NCBI GenBank assembly: GCA_000934665.2
Contig: KZ538550.1
Coordinates: 1 to 62,684 of the forward strand
DNA: 62,684 bases
Direction: 5' to 3'
Origin: Catajapyx aquilonaris
Lineage: Eukaryota
A program made the translations under genes and the position numbers. Below, piece by piece: positions 27,759 through 39,903 of the stretch. Numbering within the stretch: position 1 is the first letter of the stretch; every line of letters starts with the position of its first letter. Below the pieces are notes generated by a model. The model saw nothing but the letters and a program-made list of their open reading frames with translations. It ran no database searches and had not been told where the DNA came from.

Positions 27759-27996
27759 GGCGGAGTGGCGCTGCGGTAACGCACGCGCCCACGGATGTTA
27801 AGATCCCGGGTTCAATCCCAGCCTAGGGACACCCCCTTCATCTCGTGCAGAGTTGGGCCATCTCTGGCTTCGTCTCGGGTGGGACTCCTTAGACTAACCA
27901 CCCGGGGGAGATCACAAAATGACCTCACCCACGACATAGCACTGCACTTTGCACATCCCCTCCTATAGTCACCCTGCCCGTGGGCCAGGGCGCTTC
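27759..27996 (+). mobile_element. tRNA-derived SINE, copy 2
   Basis: A-box-like GAGTGGCGCTGCGG and B box GGGTTCAATCCC. The body shares blocks TTCATCTCGTGCAGAGTT, TCTCTGGCTTCGTCTCGGGTGG, GCACTGCACTTTGCACATC and CCTGCCCGTGGGCC with copy 1. Confidence 0.85.
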
Positions 27997-30900
27997 GTCA
28001 AAGGTTCCACGTTGTGTACAAGCTGTACAAGTTAATAAATAAAGGTCCGTGCAATACCCCAAGAGGGGTCCAAGCACTACCCGGATTTATATTATTATAT
28101 TATATTATATGCCACTATTCAAAAAGTTTAATGCTACCACGCCTATACAGGTTGTTCCTAAATATGACCACTGCTATATTATCCTGCTTTATTTATGACA
28201 TTTCGGCTCATTACATCACATGTTTAATGCTACAGTCATATCTATACGACAGGCAACCCATAGAGCCCAAATCTACGGTAGTCTGGGAATATATGAAGGA
28301 ACCGCAGAGAGCGCTCTCCTTTTTGGAACGTCCCGTATAACATAGTGCCTTTATACGTGAAAAAATATGTTCATTCTGGGTCCAACTGGGTCTTGGAGAC
28401 GCCAAACCCCGAGAGTTTTGGCGCCGGCAATTTGAAGCGGTGGAACTGGGTTTGGACAGGCGTGCCTAGTGCGCTTTCGAAAGGATAAATAATTCCTCAC
28501 AAAGAGCCAACTCTCGGCGACGCGACGGTTTCGACGTTTCGTCTCTCGAACCCGCCGACACTTTCTTCATTTTCGGTTTCAATGGCCAAGAATCCAATAG
28601 GGCCACAAGGAGACGGGATAGGTGGCGTGGAAAATGGGTGAAGAATCCCACTTGTTCAAATGAGACCAAAGGTTGTCACAAAGACCTGGGAGGTGAAATG
28701 GATAGTGTTCCTACGGTTCATTCTCAAGAAGTAGATTCTCCGATGACAGCACATGTGCGCTTTCATTTTTCAGCTTATTCTTATCATTCTTGCCTAATCA
28801 TTTTAGTCTCAGCGTGCAATGGTCTTACCAAGTATACTGGTGGGGAAAGATCTGGCCGAACAGTCCACTTACCTGCAAGAAAAAGTAACAAATAAGTACA
28901 CTGTCATTGTATAGTTTTATAGTAATTACACTTACACCATTACTGTCCGTCTATAGTGGTAGTGACAGGCCAACCTGTATCTTGTGAATTGGCCATAAGA
29001 GCCCAGGTCGCATTTGGCAATGCGACGGACCGTGCGTGGCCCTGCCACGCACAAGATGGACTGTATAAATGGTGCGGTCACTCCAAAGACACACAGGCAC
29101 ACAATGAATGGCTCCGGGACCAGGCGCGGCGCAACCAGCTCAAATATCACCACCAATCGGTTTTTTTCTCGCCGAAAATGGTCAGACTGGTTTAGGCTAC
29201 TTCTAATAATGTGAAGCACGAATGTGAAGCAAGTGTTGAGTAAGCGTTTGTCCTAGTAAAACACGTAGATTTCGTGTATGATATTAGTTAGCTATTCCGC
29301 AAATACCAAAATCGCTTTTCATGACGATGTCCTGTCAGCTGAGTATTATTCCAGACACTTTCACGCGCTTTTCTTAAGACCGACTGTCGGTAATGATACT
29401 GTGTCGATAGTATAGGCTACATAAGGCACAAACACCTCCCGAAGTGTGACGAGAATTGATCCAAACATGAACCAAATGCAAGTATTTCTGCATGCGGAAC
29501 TCGCCTTGAGAGACCCATAATGTATTTAAAATGGTCGACAACCCTCTACCATCCGTCAAAGTGACGGTATACCTTACACTGTATTTCCGCACTCTGTATA
29601 GAGCAAGGCAGGGAGCATTCACCTACAAGCGACACTGGATTAGAGTTACTTTCAATCTGTACAGTTCGGCAGTTACTTTCCGAATGCCTCCCAGAAGCAC
29701 GGGTGTGTGAGTATTGGCTCTGTACAGTGCAATCCACACCAGCAATCAGCCCCGCTTTTCAACCAAATTTCCATACAGCGCGCCAACTATGGAATAATTT
29801 CCAATGCGCAAACAATGTAACAGCCAGCGACTTTTAATGTGGTATAACCCTGGCGTTTTCAGCGCATTTGGTTTCCCCGCTGTGTAATCTACTCCAAAAA
29901 GCATCAATAGTCAGTGCGAATGCCTCCGGGAACATCACTTCCATAATTGCTGTCAGTTACGTCCTAATAATTTCACTGCTGTCAGAACATCCCCGCGGAG
30001 TATCATTACCTCGATATCGGTTTGTAAATGATATAGAAACGCCCGTTTCCACATATGACGGATTGTACACCTGCGACTACACCTGCTGGTCGTCCGCCAG
30101 GTACAAAATCGCAGCCTGCCCATCAAAACTGATTGGTAATACCGGCGGTAAACAAGAAATGAAACATACCAGGGTTCCCACGAGGGGAAAGGAAACCCCA
30201 TCTAGAGAAGACTCACAGCAGCCCATTAGCAGCATCCCTCACCCACCGCCTCCGCCTAACTCGGCAAGCGGGGTCACCAACTTTGGCAGACCAAAATTTG
30301 TCGTCTTGTCACTGCCTTGCCCTACTAATGGCTTCCAGATAATGCTGGAGTCACAATCATGGCTTCCTTCTCCTTCGTTTAGCTTCTCCTTACTCGGACT
30401 TCACATGTCGCTGCCAATCAATGTTCGGTATTATTAACTTTGTTTACCCAATCCAATGGCTCAAATATTCCATACACTGCCGTCATCGGGTATGAAATAA
30501 AACAGCATATTTCTTTTACATCTTGAAGCAGAAAATTCGGGCCTTCTTGCCATCCTTTTAAAATAAAGCGCATCCTCGGAGAGAGAAGGAACGCGACGTC
30601 TCAAAAATATAACCTATACATCCATCGTCTTCCAAAATCAAAGGCTGCTTCTTTTTCTCTATATCCAAGTTGCTCCTTGAGCAACAGGATGTGAAAGGTA
30701 GAGCCCTGACAAAATGTGGCACATCCATCAGTGTGGAAATGGCTCACAACCGAACCTCATACGTGATCGAATATGCGTCATATTATGCCTAATAATAATC
30801 TGGGACTGGCCCATATGTTTTGATGGTTCATAACTGCAGATAACTTTAGCAGAAGACGATTTATCCATCCGTAAATTTTTGAGAGGGTAATTGTTGCAAA

Positions 30901-31084
30901 GTGAATGAACGGGAAGAGGGGGGGGGGTGAAATCAATCCGTCTACAATTTCCTAGGAATTATGCATTTATCCCAGTATAAGCTTCCATTTTAATCGTGAG
31001 GAGAACGAGATATCCAATTCCCTGATCCCCACCGACGCGACGCCTGATCCCCACTGGTCATGAAACTCGTCCATTACCTTTCTA

Positions 31085-31106
31085 GTGTGTGTGTGTGTGT
31101 GTGTGT
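31085..31106 (+). repeat. (GT)11 microsatellite
   Basis: Direct read. Confidence 0.95.
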
Positions 31107-33731
31107 GGGTGCTGGGTGCCAGGGGATCGGTGGGAGGGATTAGGCAGTATTAGGCTCACTCCTCTAACTAGAAATCGCTCTAGTCTCCCCCTCCACTCTG
31201 TACCATCCCACCCCAGGCCGCATCCCCACGCCGCTTTCTATACCGAACTCATTGGCGTCAGAGTGACGTCAACGGCGGCCATACTGAGTGCGCGATGGGA
31301 ATGCCACCATCCACCTCCAACTGCCCCAGCCTCATCCACTCCATACAATGCCTTCAAATATATATGTACGTGCAGATATACATATGAATAGTAAAACAAA
31401 AGAAATGTGTCGATGGTATCCAGCTTTTCCCAGCGACCCACCAAGCGTCCTCCCATACCCCCAGCCAAAACCTAGTGTATTGATCCACTAGACTCCTCGT
31501 GTCAGACCAACTAAGGCACCCCCCTGCCGCAGAATGCTCACCAATTGCCACCATTTTGAATGGAGAAACTTGCGCTATACACGTATTTCACGGGGGGTCA
31601 ACTACTCACTCACTCACCCCCTCCCAAAGTGCCATACCTTAAATGGGTTCAAACAACCAAAAATCAACCATTGTGGTCTAATATGACGACACGTGGTGCA
31701 GGCAACTTCCGTACAACGGTCGTATCATCTAATATTGTTTGACGTTGAGTTATGGCTAGTCTGAAAACCCAGCCGGTCACTCCCAACTTCCCAGCCATGT
31801 TCGTGAAATCTCCATCGCTTCTTCGACGTAATTAATTAACTTGGTGAAAACTTACGCGTTAATTAGGGTACGGAAAAAGTCTCCCTACTGCAGCTGTGTA
31901 ATTTCTGGTCCCCACACCGCGAAAACTTATGCAACAAGCAGACCGCTGACGAAATTATTCACCGACCGGTTAAATATTTCATCAAGTTCACAGCATCGCT
32001 TCAGTAACATTCATTATACGCAACTTGGCAAGCTTAAATCGATTTCCCACCAAAAGCAGCACCAGTAGCAGCCAAATTCTGGTGCAGTTTGGTACGTAGC
32101 CGCCTCTCCGAATATGAATATGGTAAGGGTTCATATACAGATAGAGAGAAAAACCTAGTGGCACCAATCGAAACTGTCACGTGCTGGTGTCGGTCTCGTA
32201 GTGTCCCAACTCTCGTGGATCATTGTCAACGATATCTGATTCGCTCGCATTCATGTCAGCACGTCCACGCTTTGCTCTCTGCCTGTTTTAGGACCTCATC
32301 CTCTTGTTCAAAAATAAGCCTCATTCATCGACTTGCATTGACAAGCTCATTAATAATAAAACCAGCTTCATTGTTATCCGGCCAGGGCATTACATTGTAT
32401 ATCCCACTGAATTAAAATCCATTCGGAGTAGACCATACCAGACCATTTATATTAATCCCCAACGCTGGCATAGGTGCGGATTCATAAATGTTGAGCAGGA
32501 AAATGAATGCACAATAAATCAATCGCCGCTCGGAAAAGGTATACGAGGGGCGAATCAAACGTCCGTGGTAACTCCCAAAAAAATTATTATTACCTAAGCA
32601 GTCAGATATGGACATGCTCGGGCAGAAAAAGAGGGCAGTCGTAAAGCTATCAAGCACGGTTGGGATGACATAATCGCGTGCTAGGTCACCTGCCTCCACG
32701 TTATTACTCTTGCCATCCAATCGTTACCGAGACCGGATTTATCAAGCTTGATTCCACACCCTATCACCAGCAACAAAATTCATTTGCGATACGCCCAGCT
32801 TGACGGGAAGGCCCCTTCCGCACTAAATTTTACCGTAAATTAAACCATTAAAGAATAATTTCAGCCGGCCTCCGGCATGCAAGCTACAAAATTATTCAAT
32901 TAATAGGTCGTTTTAGGGGGGGGGGGGGGTCGGCCGGCAACTAGGCTGCTGAAGGAACGGCGGGCGTCGTCGAGGTGATTTGTCGTCTGTGTCGTTTCTA
33001 AGTGCCCAAGTTGGACAAGTCACGCTGGGTTCACACGGGTTCGTTTGTCTTATATTTTTGCTGGGCCGCCATTTAAGTTACAAAATCCTGCGATATAGCG
33101 GTATATCGCCTACCAAAATATTGTAGCCTACGTGGCAAGTGTCACATATGGCAAATATCAAAAGTATAGCGCACATTGTTTTTATATCATGCTACTAAAC
33201 ACAAAATATTAAATTCGTACTATAGCCACTTCCAAAACCTAATTTCGTAATGTAATTATCTCATATCGCAAAGAAAGATCGGAGTGTAAATTTCAAAATA
33301 CGTGCGATATTGAGAAAATATCGATTGCATGTTCTATAATAGCGAAATATTCCACATCCCTCGTTAGGATCCAGTAAGCGGTGAGATCATAGCAACAAGG
33401 ACAAAAAAAGAGAGAGAATTGAACTTAAACTGCTATTAGCTACAGCCTATATTCATTAGGAGTGCAATCGGATACCGGTTGTGTCCGCGATATTGGAGAT
33501 GGTCAAATCCACTCTTCGATTAATATGTATCTCGGTAACGAGGCTGCGGAGACCAAATGACATCTCGACATAAAGTGAAGTGGGCCTGTGGTGCCCAAGA
33601 GATTACCATATTAGTCTGATTTATTATAAAACATCATATATATCAGACACGCCCTTTACTGCACAGTGGCGAGGACAAAATTATGGCAGCCGTCACATGC
33701 AGGGTGATCAAAAATACTTGCCCGACTGTTA

Positions 33732-34001
33732 TGGCTATTTGTTGCCACTAAGCGGCTTATTCTAGTAGTTATTTTTTGCATTGCTACTTTAAATGGCTAT
33801 CAAAAGTATTAACTACTAATATTACGCTCTGAACTGCAACATATCCTAATCCGAACAATTGGCATCTCAAGTCACCTTGTAGTACAGGCTTTAAAAATGA
33901 TGGGTACATGTAACCTAATATTAGCAGCTAATACATTTGATAAAAAGTAACTGCAAAGTTAACTGCTACAAAATAAGGAGCTTAGTGCTAACAACTAGCC
34001 A
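33732..34001. mobile_element. Old palindromic MITE (about 270 bp), possibly PIF/Harbinger-like
   Basis: TGGCTATTTGTTGCCACTAAGC...TATCAAAAGTATTAACTACTAATATTA pairs imperfectly with TAATATTAGCAGCTAATACATTTGATA...GCTTAGTGCTAACAACTAGCCA. Flanks TTA/TAT are not a clean TSD. Confidence 0.6.
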
Positions 34002-34315
34002 TATTAATCTGACAAGTAGGTCTATGTTGGATCACCCTTTATGGCTTTATATGCAGCTACTGTAATCTATGAATATTGATAGCACTAACAAAACATTACG
34101 TAATATAATTATTACACGTGAGGACAAGTCACTTCAACAGAGGTGGATTCGGATTTGCGCTTCCATTTTATCATCAGTCTTTGTCAGTCACTTCTCTATA
34201 GCTACGATATGACGAGCTCCCGCACATGTTCTAAACCAGAAACTGGAGTGAGTAACTGGACATAGCCAAATATACTGTCAATATCTACATCAGAAATGCG
34301 ATACTTAAAAAAATA

Positions 34316-34317
<2 letters not shown>

Positions 34318-34386
<69 letters not shown>
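34318..34386 (+). repeat. (TAA)23 microsatellite
   Basis: Direct read, uninterrupted. Confidence 0.95.
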
Positions 34387-34388
<2 letters not shown>

Positions 34389-34524
34389 GAGAGAGATCGA
34401 CATTAAATTTCCTACGGGCAACCCATCCGGGCTAATGGCTGCACCGGGATGCACGGATGTCGCCGGGTCCTATAGATAACGTAGAGTGAGCTATTCACAG
34501 GTTTTTAATGAACGACTGTACATA

Positions 34525-34709
34525 CGGTGTATTCCGCTTTAAATAAGATTTAATCAAAATTAGAAAAATTTCCGTAGATTTTCAGTTTGTATTGTGGGAA
34601 AAGTGTTGTATTTCTCTTTTTTTTTGCGAGAAAATTTGACACTTTTTCGGACTTTTTTTGTTTTATAAATGCACGGATAATCCGCACCCAGATAATCAGG
34701 AGTACAGTG
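34525..34709. mobile_element. Decayed pogo/Tigger-like MITE (tentative)
   Basis: The right end CGGATAATCCGCACCCAGATAATCAGGAGTACAGTG|TA resembles Tigger-type termini with GATAATC subterminal repeats. The left end TA|CGGTGTATTCC matches only weakly. Confidence 0.35.
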
Positions 34710-35489
34710 TATTCAGTTTAGTTCATTAATTGTTTAAAAAATTTCCTTCTTCGGATGGTCTTTAACTACTGTTAACGTTACTGGTTACTTATACCCTTAA
34801 CCCTTATTTCCTCCACTACTAGTTGGTTCTTGGGCGTTGTGCCCGTCTGCGATAATTTTATGGCGTCACAAGAAACCGACAAAAATAAATGTGAGTAAAT
34901 CGAGCTTTGCTTGCCTGGCTCCTGCACTCGTAAATTCAAGTTTCGCATAGTGGATCTGAACGGTAACGACCAAAAACCAAAGACAACGACGTCCGAGTGA
35001 ACCCAGCTTCATAATGAGGATGCGCCTAACAGCGTCCTTGCACCTGCCAGTTACGTTGACATCATTTGGACCGAATCAGTTGCCGGGGTCCCAGGGTGCA
35101 CACGGACTGTGGAGAAAAGTCCTCCAACTCGTCCCCCTATGTCAATAAGGGTTTTCGTTCGCCTGCAAGAAGCGATAATGAACAAGTTGGTTCAACAGTT
35201 GAAGTATTCAGCCGAGATACCGGTAACAACCCTGGGCCTGGGACTTCATTCTACCTAACGTGATGTGGCTAGAAAGAATCGGGACATATTCCACGATCAA
35301 CTAGCAGAAAGTTAATAATGATTCAAATGAAAGTGAGCCAGTCAACCGCACGTAGGCATAGTTGCGAGCAAATACATGGTGGACAATTCCGAGGCATCGG
35401 ATGGCTATCCCCTACCACTTCCCAAATTTGGTCGCCGTCAAAGCAAAATTGGAGCCCGTTTGACCCCATCCAGAATAAATGTGTCCCGA

Positions 35490-35612
35490 ATGGAGGCAAT
35501 ACGTGAGGGGCACCGGGCAGTAATCCGATTTCTGTCACTGGAAGGACACGAGGTTCACAATATACGTCGAAGGTTGCAGACAGCTTATGGCGACAATTCC
35601 GTGACCATGAGT
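35490..35612 (+). pseudogene. Mariner transposase N-terminal HTH fragment
   Basis: MEAIREGHRAVIRFLSLEGHEVHNIRRRLQTAYGDNSVTMS matches the Mos1-type first HTH pattern (R.VI.FL..EG....EIH.RL...YG....S). Similarity is lost immediately afterwards. Confidence 0.75.
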
Positions 35613-36161
35613 TGTCGGAACCGTCTGCGTGGGGTCAACCAAGCCATGTCCCCTGAGGCAACTGGACTCGACAGTCTGAGGTCCTGCCTCTGATGTCGCA
35701 TATGTCAACCTAATTTGGCGGCTGGGTAGGTGAGATCCAACCGAAGCCTCCGGATAAATTTATTCGCAACCATGCTTCCAGTCACCCTTGTGCCACAGAC
35801 GGCCTAAGATTGCGAAAATTTATTGCATTTTTAAATACACCTTCCTTGATCTTTTTTGTTCCAATTTTTTTAGAGGCTCCATAGACAGAGCCAGCCAACT
35901 ATGTCCTCTTTCATGTCAAATACAGTGATGATGTTGCCGTCAAAACGAGCATTTTTTTAGCCGACGACAACCAATTTCAGCTGGTTTCTACGGAAGCAGT
36001 GGTGCAGCAATGACTCGCCCACACCATTGTTTCACATCATGGGCATGCTCACCATAGATGTTTAAACAGTTAACAGCGCATCTCCTCTTGGGTTTTACAA
36101 TGCACTGTTACGTTTGGATAATTGTTTCGCGACTAAGTCCCAGTACATGCATACGGGTACT

Positions 36162-36213
36162 GTACTTATGGGGCGCAAATTGTTTTGGCAAAACAATTTT
36201 AGCCCCATAGTAC
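36162..36213. mobile_element. Very small TA-flanked hairpin element (Tc1/mariner-like remnant)
   Basis: GTACTTATGGGGCGCAAATTGTTTTG pairs with CAAAACAATTTTAGCCCCATAGTAC around a 1-nt centre. Confidence 0.6.
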
Positions 36214-36258
36214 GTTACAGCAACAGTAACAGGGTAGTAACAATGAGCCAGGCTGGTA

Positions 36259-36397
36259 CTATCGGGTTCAAATACTTTTGGCCACTTTATCCTGGTCTTG
36301 ACGCAACCCTTCACACAAACACACCTCCTTAACGTGGGGTCTGTGCGAAGGGTTGCTTCAGGATAAAGTGGCCAAAAGTATTTTTTGAACCCGATAG
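36259..36397. mobile_element. Tc1/mariner-type MITE (139 bp)
   Basis: TA|CTATCGGGTTCAAATACTTTTGGCCACTTTATCCTG pairs with CAGGATAAAGTGGCCAAAAGTATTTTTTGAACCCGATAG|TA. Inner arms GCAACCCTTC/GAAGGGTTGC also pair. Confidence 0.85.
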
Positions 36398-39300
36398 TAC
36401 ATGTCCAGAGAAACTATCAAAAGAGGTACAGTGCCAAAAGTGGGAGAATAAAATGAACACGCTGCAGGGGCTTTAGGTTTGAATGGGTGGAAGAGCAAAA
36501 CCTTAATCCAATGCAGGAAGTAGTGTTAATGACATCAACCGTGTACGCACGACAAAACAAGCTTTCTGCGCTAAGATCCCGCCTTACTCGTAATGCACTA
36601 AGAATGTGGAGTTTCGCATTACAATGTAGCAAGCAACAACATCAGCCGTGATATGCACTTAAACGCTAAGGGCAAGGTAGAAAGTACGTAGGCTATAGTT
36701 TCTGAAATGGTTCGCATTCGGTCTATTTCGTGCAAAAAAAAACAGACTCTCCGACCTCAGCGATGTGAACAAAATATCATTGTAAAAAAGTTTTACATGT
36801 ACAGTAATTACATTTATTTGAGACCTTTTATTGGTAAGGAGGCCACTGTACTGTCGATTTTGATGCATGCAGTGTAGCCTTGTTATTAGCGACTGCACCG
36901 GATTCTCAATAAAGCAACGTACCATGAAATATCTTTCTCCCTAGGTTCCATTCATTTGCTTACTTTCCACGAGGCCCAGCCAATTCCGAACTCCTTCTCC
37001 TGAATCCGGATCGAAGGACTCGACATGGAAACATTCTAACTACTAACTCGGAGCTCATCCCAAGCATGGTAAAATTAGTTCGGAGGAAATTTTCAGACCA
37101 CTCGGCCTTGCCACTCAAAACTGTGCTTTTGTCTGTACTTGAAAGTTTCTTGTGTCATACAACGCATCTCCAGAGCTCCACATTATCAAAAGACGAGTTT
37201 TCAATCCACGATGGCGCCCACTACTGGCAGACAAGTTTTACAGTATGATGCTAATGTGGCAAAGAAACTATTAAAATCTGCTTAGACTTTACATGCGACT
37301 AAATGTGTAAAATTCTGCACTAAAATGCCTTTTATTACACCCTTGGTGTGTAGAATGCTCGCCATGCATTAACGCACAGGCGTGCATTCTTACAGACAGA
37401 GTGCGTAATAATAATAAACATTTCAGCGCATACATATTTAGTGCCCATTATTTTATTCGCCAAATGTGTATGCACATATACCAATTCATAAGCTACAGTT
37501 CAAGTATATTTGACGTGCATGAAAAGTGCCCTCTTTATCTGTCGTCAAACTCGACTGGGATGGGTGAACCTAATAGGTTTGGATCCAAAGCATCTCAAGT
37601 GCACTACGTACCCCCGCATTGAAAATTCCGCCTTGTGTGTAATGATTGAAAATCGAATTTGCAGCATCACGGAAAGCCCGTAATGTCAGCCTCTGTGGCC
37701 CACGATCCATAACACACTCTGGGTGCAATTATTCGGCGATTGGCAGTCTTTTGTCCATCCACTTCCACTGATCATACAGCCCTTCTCACGTTGTAGGCGT
37801 GAGATTAGATGTTAATTAGCCTCTCTCACGAAAGCCAATGATGAAATTAAACTCTCATTCCGTTCATAGTACAAAAGGTGGGGCAGAGTACTACAGCCTT
37901 ACAGGGTACCCTACACATGCTTAATCATTTTTAATGCGGATCCTGCACTCCGGATGAAAGCCGCATCCGTGTTTTTTCCCTCCATTCAAAACGCCTGCCA
38001 TTGTTTACTGGGCCAGCCAGAGTTTTGCTTTGTAGTGTGTCACTAGCACAGGGTTTATTTTTGCTCTTTGCCTAACCCGCTTTAAGGTTAGTTTTTATAA
38101 AACGAGTGTCAAACATCGCCCTTTAAATACCCAAGTCCTGAGTAACTGCAAACTTTCCGGTCCATTTGGGTAACTCCTTATCAACTCAACTTCCAAATCT
38201 GCATCGAAATTCAAAGATTTGGTATTTTAAATATCCTCGTCATATTACAAGCTGTATTAGTAATGACAACGGTAATGACAGTACACGCAGAACTACTTCT
38301 GTAGATATCCACTCAATCGCCTGTTGATAGTTATTGGCAATATAGTCATAAATTACACCTCGGCTAAAATATCGCATTTAACGCGAACAAAATATCAAAT
38401 TTTGAACCATTTTTGACACAAATACGCTCACCTTGTTCGACCTCGGTTGTTACTTACAATAACGTGCCCGGAAAGGACCCACACTTTCCATCTACTTAAC
38501 TACTAACTGCAGAACAAGTGCGCCAGTAAGAAATACAGCCCCCTCTGGGACTTGATGACATGCTACCAACGTCGTCTGCACTCCCGCAATCCACCGAGTT
38601 TCTGCTTCTGAATTTTCACTTTAGCCTTATTAGGGTGCAACTCTAAGTGGACCTTTGGTGTCAGGCAATCTTACACCATCCGAGGGATGAATCCTGTTAT
38701 TATCTCAAATGCCAACAGTTGGCACATGCACATGGTACAACAAACTGACGAAAAACCATACAAAACGTGCAACTAGTATTTCACCATGGCATATCCAGCG
38801 ATGACCTATAGTCTTAGAAATAATTCACCGAATTGTACAGACCTGTGTTTCATGTACAACGTCAATGTGCAAATTTCCCCGGGCTTCTCGGTTATTCTGC
38901 TATGCACTGCTTAATACTGTCTCGCAGCATAATGAGATGTTGTATGATGCATGAGAAGAGTATCTTCCTCTCCTCTGACGCATCTTCCTGCATCACAACA
39001 CCCCACAGTATAGCCTTATCCTTGTTATGACGCTAATGCGGAATACTAATGTCACGTGGGACTTCAGGGTTGTGATGGTCGGTTCGGGCCTCAGGGAGGC
39101 TCTTGCAAGGGTCAGCAGGTGTTGTTGGTGAAGGTGGGCATGGAATATCTGAGGGAGAACCGGGATGGTGGACCGGGAATTAAGGGGGTTGAGGTCTGGG
39201 CATCTGCTTCAGGAGGACGGAGGTGAGGTTCTGCCTGTTGTGCTTCTGTCGTCGTTGGGCGTTGCTGGCATCGTCAGCGTCTCCCAGCAGCCCGAAGGCG

Positions 39301-39582
39301 CTTAGGTAAGGGGTGGCGGGGAGGGGGGGGGGTGTAGTGTGGTGCCGGGAAACCCGAAGGCGCTAGGCGAGGACTGAGGGTAAAAACGTCTCTAGACAGA
39401 GACACAACGGCACAATCGCACAAAGACACCTCGCCTGCGCGCCATCGTGCGGGAGGGTCGGGAAGCGCAGCGCATGCGCCGTTCCGTTCATCGCCGATCC
39501 GATCACTCCATCGGATAACTGCTACTGTGATTCCGCTATCCGCTATCCTGCTATCATGTATGGTTCTAGTCACATCCGTACG

Positions 39583-39644
39583 TAGGGCTGTATACGCTGA
39601 CGATAGGGCTGTATCCGCTGACGATAGGGCTGTATCCGCAACGA
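39583..39644 (+). repeat. Three-copy 21-bp tandem repeat inside the TIR element
   Basis: TAGGGCTGTAT[A/C]CGCTGACGA x3 (last copy variant), followed by GGTTAGGTTAG at 39650-39660. Confidence 0.9.
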
Positions 39645-39808
39645 GTGAAGGTTAGGTTAGCTGCCCACATCACATCAAGCAGTGAAAATTAATATTCCAG
39701 CACTGAAAATATCAACACGCTCGCCCACTCCACGTAATTGGTCATTTAACGGCGGCCTCACCTCTGCGCAGTATAAGAATCCCCATCGGAAGGAGCAATC
39801 TCAGCGAT

Positions 39809-39903
39809 GGCGGCCGTAGCGTAATGGTTAGCGCGCTGGGCTATAGATCAGAAGGCTGCAGGTTCGCGTCCGGGTGAGGCTTCTTCCCCCCCCNTCTTTT
39901 TTT
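39809..39903 (+). ncRNA. tRNA-like Pol III cassette (not a functional tRNA)
   Basis: A box TAGCGTAATGG (39817-39827) followed by TTAGCGCG, B-box-like GGTTCGCGTCC (39861-39871) at tRNA spacing, and a T run at 39897-39903. The acceptor and T stems do not pair properly. Confidence 0.6.

Noticed and set aside
28525..28575. Penelope-type hammerhead signature GAAACGTC on the minus strand
   Set aside because: The upstream box is ATGAAGA rather than CTGANGA and there is no stem I pairing.
29868..30437. 189-aa ORF
   Set aside because: TTG start and no recognisable domain or splice support.
39583..39644. CRISPR-like array
   Set aside because: Units are directly adjacent with no spacers, the context is eukaryotic and there are no cas genes.
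39809..39880. Functional tRNA gene
   Set aside because: The acceptor and T stems do not pair and the conserved T-loop A is replaced by C. Kept only as tRNA-like.
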